Positions 60,835-64,000 of a DNA stretch of 64,000 nucleotides are shown here, one piece after another. Each line of letters starts with the position of its first letter. The stretch's first letter is position 1. Both the position numbers and the translations under genes were made by a program. Origin of the DNA: Eledone cirrhosa (lineage: Eukaryota); contig OZ024758.1 in the NCBI GenBank assembly GCA_964016885.1, forward strand, positions 28,892,001 through 28,956,000. The letters run 5' to 3'. The notes under the pieces were generated by a model. That model ran no database searches. It was not told the DNA's origin and was given only the letters and a program-made list of their open reading frames with translations.

Positions 60835-62740
60835 CCTTGCTTACCTGGACAAGGATACATTGAAGCTCCGACATCTGGCAACTGACTTGGTAAACACCCA
60901 CAAAATTATTAACCATCTTGCCAACAACAACAACAACCCTGAGCACCTTTTTGAATTCCATGTCTCTAACACCCTGTGGGCATGCCCACAAAGTCAGAAA
61001 ACAGCACAGCTCCCATGACTTTCTGAAACATTTTTTCACGCTCATGGAACAAACTACCTGCATCAGTTGTTAGCTGTCGAGACACTGCATCCTTTAAAAC
61101 TCTCCATGGAACAAACTACCTGCATCAGTTGTTAGCTGTCGAGACACTGCATCCTTTAAAACCTCCATGGAACAAACTACCTGCATCAGTTGTTAGCTTT
61201 CAGGATACTGCATCCTTTAAAACCTCCATGGAACAAACTACCTGCATCAGTTGTTAACTGTCGAGACACTGCATCCTTTAAAACCTCCATGGAACAAACT
61301 ACCTGCATCAGTTGTTAGCTGTCGAGACACTGCATCCTTTAAAACCTCCATGGAACAAACTACCTGCATCAGTTGTTAGCTTTCAGGATACTGCATCCTT
61401 TAAAACCTCCATGGAACAAACTACCTGCATCAGTTGTTAACTGTCGAGACACTGAATCTTTTAAAACCTTCATGGAACAAACTCCCTGCATCAGTTGTTA
61501 GCTGTCAAGACACTGAATCCTTTAAAACCTTCATGGAACAAACTCCCTGCATCAGTTGTTAGCTGTCGAGACACTGCATCCTTTAAAACCTCCATGGAAC
61601 TAACTACCTGCATCAGTTGTTAGCTGTCAAGACACTGCATCCTTTAAAACCTCCATGGAACAAACTACCTGCATCAGTTGTTAGCTGTCAAGACACTGAA
61701 TCCTTTAAAACCTTCATGGAACAAACTCCCTGCATCAGTTGTTAGCTGTCAAGGCACTGCATCCTTTAAAACCTTCATGGAACAAACTACCTGCATCAGT
61801 TGTTAGCTGTCGGGACACTGCATCCTTTAAAACTCTCCATGGAACAAACTACCTGCATCAGTTGTTAGCTGTCGGGACACTGCATCCTTTAAAACCTTCA
61901 TGGAACAAACTCCCTGCATCAGTTGTTAGCTGTCAAGACACTGCATCCTTTAAAACCTCCATGGAACTAACTACCTGCATCAGTTGTTAGCTGTCGGGAC
62001 ACTGCATCCTTTAAAACCTCCATGGAACAAACTACCTGCATCAGTTGTTAGCTGTCGAGACACTGCATCCTTTAAAACCTCCATGGAACAAACTGCTTGC
62101 ATCAGTTATTAGCTGTCAGGACACTGCATCCTTTAAAACCTCCATGGAACAAACTACCTGCATCAGTTGTTAGCTGTCGGGACACTGCATCCTTTAAAAC
62201 CTCCATGGAACAAACTACCTGCATCAGTTGTTAGCTGTCGGGACACTGCATCCTTTAAAACCTCCATGGAACAAACTACCTGCATCAGTTGTTAGCTGTC
62301 GAGACACTGCATCCTTTAAAACCTTCATGGAACAAACTACCTGCATTGGTTGTTAGCTGTCAAGACACTGCAACCTTTAAAACCTCCATGGAACAAACTC
62401 CCTGCATCAGTTGTTAGCTGTTGGGACACTGCATCCTTTAAAACCTCCATGGAACAAACTCCCTGCATCAGTTGTTAGCTGTCAAGACACTGCATCCTTT
62501 AAAACCCCCATGGAACAAACTCCCTGCATCAGTTGTTAACTGTTGGGACACTGCATCCTTTAAAACTTTCATGTTTCCCGAAATTCCCCAACACTACACC
62601 TGATATTCCGCCTCCATACACATGCACGCATGTATGTGTGTATATCCCGACTCATACACTGCACATTATTCTATGTACCATACATACACCTTTGATAAGT
62701 TGTAGTGCACCTCTGCACTGTACACAATTTCATTATTATT
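60835..62740 (+). mobile_element. CR1-type LINE 3' fragment with a 61-bp internal satellite
   Basis: LKLRHLATDLVNTHKIINHL..., array, 3' UTR and ATT tail as in the other CR1 copies. Confidence 0.9.
61043..62573. repeat. 61-bp tandem satellite, about 25 copies
   Basis: Unit CATGGAACAAACTACCTGCATCAGTTGTTAGCTGTCGAGACACTGCATCCTTTAAAACCTC. Confidence 0.97.
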
Positions 62741-62849
62741 ACTTCAAAAGTTGGGTAATACATGAAATGAAGTAATTAACATATATACTTATCATCATCA
62801 TTTTATGTCCGGTTTGTCCTGCTTGTATATATGACAACTTTGATGGTAA

Positions 62850-63195
62850 AATGGAGGTCAGCTTATATTTGAGGTCAATATTTCGCTTTGGAGGTGAAAT
62901 TTCTAAAGTTTTTGATGTTTTGAAAGAATATGGCCCTCAAAACTGTTGGAAATTGGTAAAAAAGTTGTTACATAATGATGTTGTGAAACAAAAACTATAC
63001 TCTAAATGACACTTAAAACATTTTAAATATCAAAATATTAAAACTTCATAAATATATTCTCTACTCATGAGAATTTTAAAACCAAGCCATTAAACGTGCT
63101 GATCACCTGCCTCAGCTTATAAATGGGGTTCGGAGGTTTGTCCGTTTCTCAGACAGAAAATAAGGGGGTTTGCTTATATCTGAGTATATACAGTA
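62850..63195. mobile_element. Possible Tc2/pogo-like DNA transposon end
   Basis: Ends GCTTATATCTGAGTATATACAG|TA, with an internal GCTTATAT..GAG repeat near 62860. Only one end was seen. Confidence 0.4.
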
Positions 63196-63584
63196 AGTTC
63201 AACCTATAACAAAAGAAAACCATAAAATTTAGCAGTGTTTTCGAAAGTGTAGAGGAAAGTATTTTACCGGGCTTGTACAGTGTCTAAGCCAGTATAGAAA
63301 TGTGAAGTCGTCCATAATGAGTAAATATAACGTAACTGGAAGATTGTTGTACATTAACAGTTTGAAAGAAACAACACTTGAAAATTCATTACATATGTTA
63401 ATATTTTGATAACTGCTGAGCTGATTTTCTTGAATTCGTTTGTATACCCTTCTTCCCATATCCCTCGTGCATTTGTTATTTATTAAAGGGGTATAAAGGG
63501 ATAATCTAAAAACATTTTTCAGGTTGGATACTCTTGTAATTTGAGGAAGTTATGAACATGTATTGTGGCATTAGGTGGGAAATT

Positions 63585-63712
63585 AGCAGAGCCATTAAAA
63601 TGTTGGTTAGAATGCTTTGCATTCTGCACTCTAAGTTCAAATCCCGTTAGGATCAACTTTGCCTTTTATCCATTCAAGGTTGATAAAGTATTAGTCTAGT
63701 ACTGGGGGGTGA
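63585..63712 (+). mobile_element. Degenerate SINE family B
   Basis: AAGTTCAAATCCCG..CAACTTTGCCTTTTATCC..GGTTGATAAA. Confidence 0.6.
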
Positions 63713-64000
63713 TTCTTCCTCTCTATCTCTTTCTCACTTGCTTTCTATCATCCTCTCTCTCTCCTTCTCTGGAGGACATCAACTGTGTTCAGGTCTGAAC
63801 TATGATGGGCTCTGCCAGGTTTAGAAGTTTAGAATGCCCAAGAAATGTCATGTTATTATTGTGTCCCTATGACTCCATCAGGAGTTACAAGTCCATACAT
63901 ACATTGTGGTTTTAGTCATTTTATAGAGCTTTCATTTTTCTTCTCATTCTAATCTGAACTCGGAGAACTATGAGGCATTTCACCAAGTACAATAAAGATT

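Noticed and set aside
61043-62573. CRISPR-like array
   Set aside because: Head-to-tail copies of a CR1 segment with no spacers.

Overview
A eukaryotic, AT-rich, repeat-dominated 64-kb window. It is most likely from a coleoid cephalopod (octopus-like), inferred from the SINE/LINE repertoire and microsatellite load rather than proven. No intact protein-coding gene can be read: every long ORF is either a satellite artefact or a transposon remnant. Mobile elements include a full-length but stop-inactivated DD34D mariner (19098-20405), a near-full-length RTE LINE (about 52742-56345, minus) with a 5'-truncated sister copy (45701-47652), CR1, Tx1/L1 and CRE LINE fragments, two tRNA-derived SINE families, and piggyBac-like (TTAA), hAT and Tc1/mariner MITEs. 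Satellites have 63-, ~30-, 51-, 48/96-, 72-, 44- and 61-bp units. A probable host promoter (perfect NRF1-type palindrome followed by ATGG|GTGAGT) lies at about 28.5 kb. The most interesting signals are: (i) several minimal type I hammerhead ribozyme motifs beside (TA)n tracts and inverted repeats, suggesting Penelope-like remnants, some sharing an atypical U-U pair at the base of stem II; (ii) an RTE LINE family whose 3' UTR is the same module as the body of a local SINE, while that SINE occurs with two alternative LINE tails; (iii) repeated birth of satellites from inside transposons, with one MITE family yielding two different satellites and the same CR1 segment amplified in two copies; (iv) a mariner inactivated only by TGA stops at probable CGA sites.
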